A DNA stretch of 64,000 nucleotides from the human T2T-CHM13v2.0 reference genome, Homo sapiens. A program made the translations under genes and the position numbers. The notes below the pieces were generated by a model. The model worked only from the letters and a program-made list of their open reading frames with translations, made no database searches and had not been told where the DNA came from. The DNA lies in the NCBI RefSeq assembly GCF_009914755.1, contig NC_060929.1; one strand, given 5' to 3'. This document shows positions 59,721 through 64,000 of the stretch, in pieces (the stretch's first letter is position 1; every line of letters starts with the position of its first letter).

Positions 59721-60147
59721 TTGTAAATGTTCCCACTACCATGGGGAGGTGATTTGAGTATTGAGGTGAGGAAAATGTATTAATCAAATGGAGGATAATT
59801 AATAATTGAGTTTTAGCGACTTGAAAATGTATGTTACTATCTTTAAAACTACATGATACAGTGACTACATATACGGAAGATAATTACATATTTATCTTGT
59901 ATAATACATTAAAGTGTTTGTCCCTTTTTCTTCCAGAATGCTACCCAATAATCCTTTAGAGCTGCAATGTAAAACTGCTTATGCTTTTTTGGATCCAATT
60001 CAGATAAAACAAAACAAAACAAAATAGCAGACAATACTCTTCAACTTAAGAAATAATTTGCATTTTCTCACTTAAAAGACCACTGACTATTTCTAAAAAA
60101 TCTAGCATATATAAAACTACTCACTTTCAACAATATAAATAACTTGA

Positions 60148-60496
<349 letters not shown>

Positions 60497-61854
60497 AAAA
60501 GCAAATTAAATTAGTACACAGAAAATCTAAATGTATGGACTACTGTATGCCATATATATCAATTTAGATTTTTGAAACTTTGTGTTGGGTGTTAATATCA
60601 GTTAATTAATTTGTCTTTATAGAAACCCACCTAAAAAATTGAAATACTGAGTAAATACTTTTCAACAATTGTTCAGCCAACCCAACTGATACTCAGCTTA
60701 AAATCAAAAGAAACATTACTTTACTATGATGCCTAATAATAAAACAAAAACAAAATCAAACCACCATCCCTGATTTAGTATTTAGAATTCTCAGACTCTA
60801 GAATTTGATTCAGATTAGAATCAGAATTAGAATTCTCAGAATATAGAATTTACAAAATTAATGATATAGGTCTAGCCATGGCTAACACAAAATATAAATT
60901 TCTGGACACAAGGGAGCTTACTTTTTGGACTCTTTATATTTATTGATAAAGAAATTAGATAGATATAATATACATATATTCAGTTTTACACCCAGTGTAA
61001 TAAAGGAAATATTGCAATAAAGCAAATCATAATTGTTTGGTTTCCCAGCACTTATAAAAGTTATGTTCATGCTATACTATATTAAGAGTACAATAGCATT
61101 ATATCTAAAGAAAATGCACACACTAAGGTGCATTTAAAAATATTTAATTCCTAAAAAAATGCTAATGATCATCTCACTGAATAGCCTTGCCTTGGATGGG
61201 CTTGACTTGATGTTGATGGTTGTTAACTGATCAGGGTGGTGGTTGCTGAAGGCTGGGTTGGCTGCAGTGTTACTTAAATTAAGATAATGATGAAGTTTGC
61301 TGCATTTATTCACTCTTCCTTTCACAAGATGTTCCTCTAGCATGAAATGCTGCTTGATAGCATTCTATCCACAGTAGGACTCCTTTCAAAATTGGAGTCA
61401 ATCCTCTCAAACCCTGCCTCCCCTTTATGAACTCAGCGTAATGTAATATTCTAAATTCTTTATTGTCATTTCAACAATGTTCACAGCTTCTTCACCAGCA
61501 ATGTTTCCATCTTAACAAATCACTTTTCTAGCTCATTCTTAAGAACAACCCCTCATTCATTAAAGTTTAATCATGAGATTGCAGCAATTCAGTCCTATCT
61601 TCAGGCTCCACTTCTAATTTTTGTTATTTTGCAATTTTTATCACATCTGTAGTTATTTCTTCCACTGAAATCTTCAACCACTCAGTCATCTGTGTGGAAT
61701 GAGAAGTGGAATCAATCTCCCCCAAATTCCTATTAATGTTGGTATTTTGACCACCTCCCACAAATGCAAATTACAAACGTTCTCAATAGCATCTGGAATG
61801 GTGATTCCTATCCAGAAGGTTATCAATTTACTTTGCCCAGATCCATCAGAGGCA

Positions 61855-62557
61855 TGGCGCCAGGCACTTAGTGAGGGAACAGGAATGATTATTTGCAGGT
61901 GGCTAAAAGCAACACAAATGGGGCCAAACTGGTTAGACATGATCCCTAGTGGAAAGGAACTGTTACAGCAGGCTGTGCTAATAAAGACGGACTGCAGACA
62001 CCCTGCTTTAGGTACAGATGAGAATGTAACAAAAAAGAAATTGGCCACAACTGGTTAAATCCAAGACAGCATAAAATTTGACCAACTGCTAACCCTTGGT
62101 TTCGTTATGCCTCTATTCCCATAAAATTATGAGTAAACCTCCCATTCCCATCATGCACCTGATGCTATGACAGTTCCAGATTAACCATATTTAGTCAATA
62201 AAAGGGTGGCACCCCAAATCCAGGAACTGCTCATCCATTTCCCAGAAAACTCTTCCCCTTATTATAGAATATTCTATGCTTTCATTATGCTTCTAATGAG
62301 TTAGATTAGGGTTCAGATCAGGGGTAGGGGTAGGGTTAACATTAGGGTTAGGGTTTCATGCTTTCATTATACTTATCCATATAGTGTGTGAGCCCTGACA
62401 ACACTGGATGTGCCTCATTCTTTTGAGCACACCCACACTCCTGTCTTGAGTTTCTATTTACTTACACTCCACAATAAAGTTTCTACACTTTCACTTTGGT
62501 CTCACTTTCAAATTCTTTGGTGCAGCAAAGGTTAGAACCTGTACTGGCCTACCAGCA
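61855..62557 (+). mobile_element. ERV1 (MER4-group, MER41-related) solo LTR inserted in Tigger1
   Basis: TG...CA ends; motifs ccatatttagtcaataaaagggtggcacccc...tttcccagaaaactc, AATAAA at about 62473, and ttcacttt...aattcttt...agaacc. Exact family uncertain. Confidence 0.6.
62289..62357 (+). repeat. Short degenerate interstitial telomeric-like (TTAGGG)n tract
   Basis: gagtta gatta gggttc agatca ggggta ggggta gggtta acatta gggtta gggttt; three exact TTAGGG; flanked by the direct repeat atgctttcattat. Confidence 0.75.
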
Positions 62558-62572
62558 GAGCATCACTATTTA

Positions 62573-64000
<1,428 letters not shown>

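Noticed and set aside
60780-60852. Repeated TAGAATT(CTCAGA) words
   Set aside because: A short degenerate local duplication with no further structure.
61686-62058. Overlapping ~120-aa ORFs on both strands
   Set aside because: They span the Tigger1/LTR junction; the minus frame partly reflects decayed Tigger1 transposase.
62289-62320. Possible TERC-derived fragment at the 5' side of the telomeric tract
   Set aside because: The resemblance to the reverse complement of the TERC template region is too short and gapped to support by eye.

Overview
AT-rich, CpG-poor primate (human-like) genomic DNA, almost entirely intronic and dense in repeats. The only credible coding sequence is one 295-nt internal exon on the minus strand (11014->10720). 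It has canonical AG/GT splice sites and encodes most of EC1 plus the start of EC2 of a type II classical cadherin that matches CDH12 (N-cadherin-2/Br-cadherin) as I recall it. The sequence alone cannot tell the parental 5p14 gene from a duplicated CDH12 pseudogene copy. The rest is Alu, L1, L2, MIR, MaLR/ERVL/ERV1 solo LTRs (including an LTR12/ERV9 solo LTR with an intact TSD) and Tigger/MER DNA-transposon fossils. Nearly all ORF-track entries are repeat-derived or random. I see no evidence of a new multi-gene system. The most notable sequence-level observations are: a short telomere-like insertion bracketed by a 13-bp direct repeat inside an LTR nested in Tigger1; two 5'-inverted (twin-primed) L1s; a ~95-nt hairpin with a perfect 21-bp stem that I cannot assign to a repeat; inverted Alu pairs bracketing the lone exon (circRNA-prone layout); a chimeric AluS/AluY; a perfect 40-bp AT palindrome; and an orphan AATAAA plus A25 tract. 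Repeat subfamily calls come from recalled consensus sequences, and boundaries are approximate unless a TSD is quoted.
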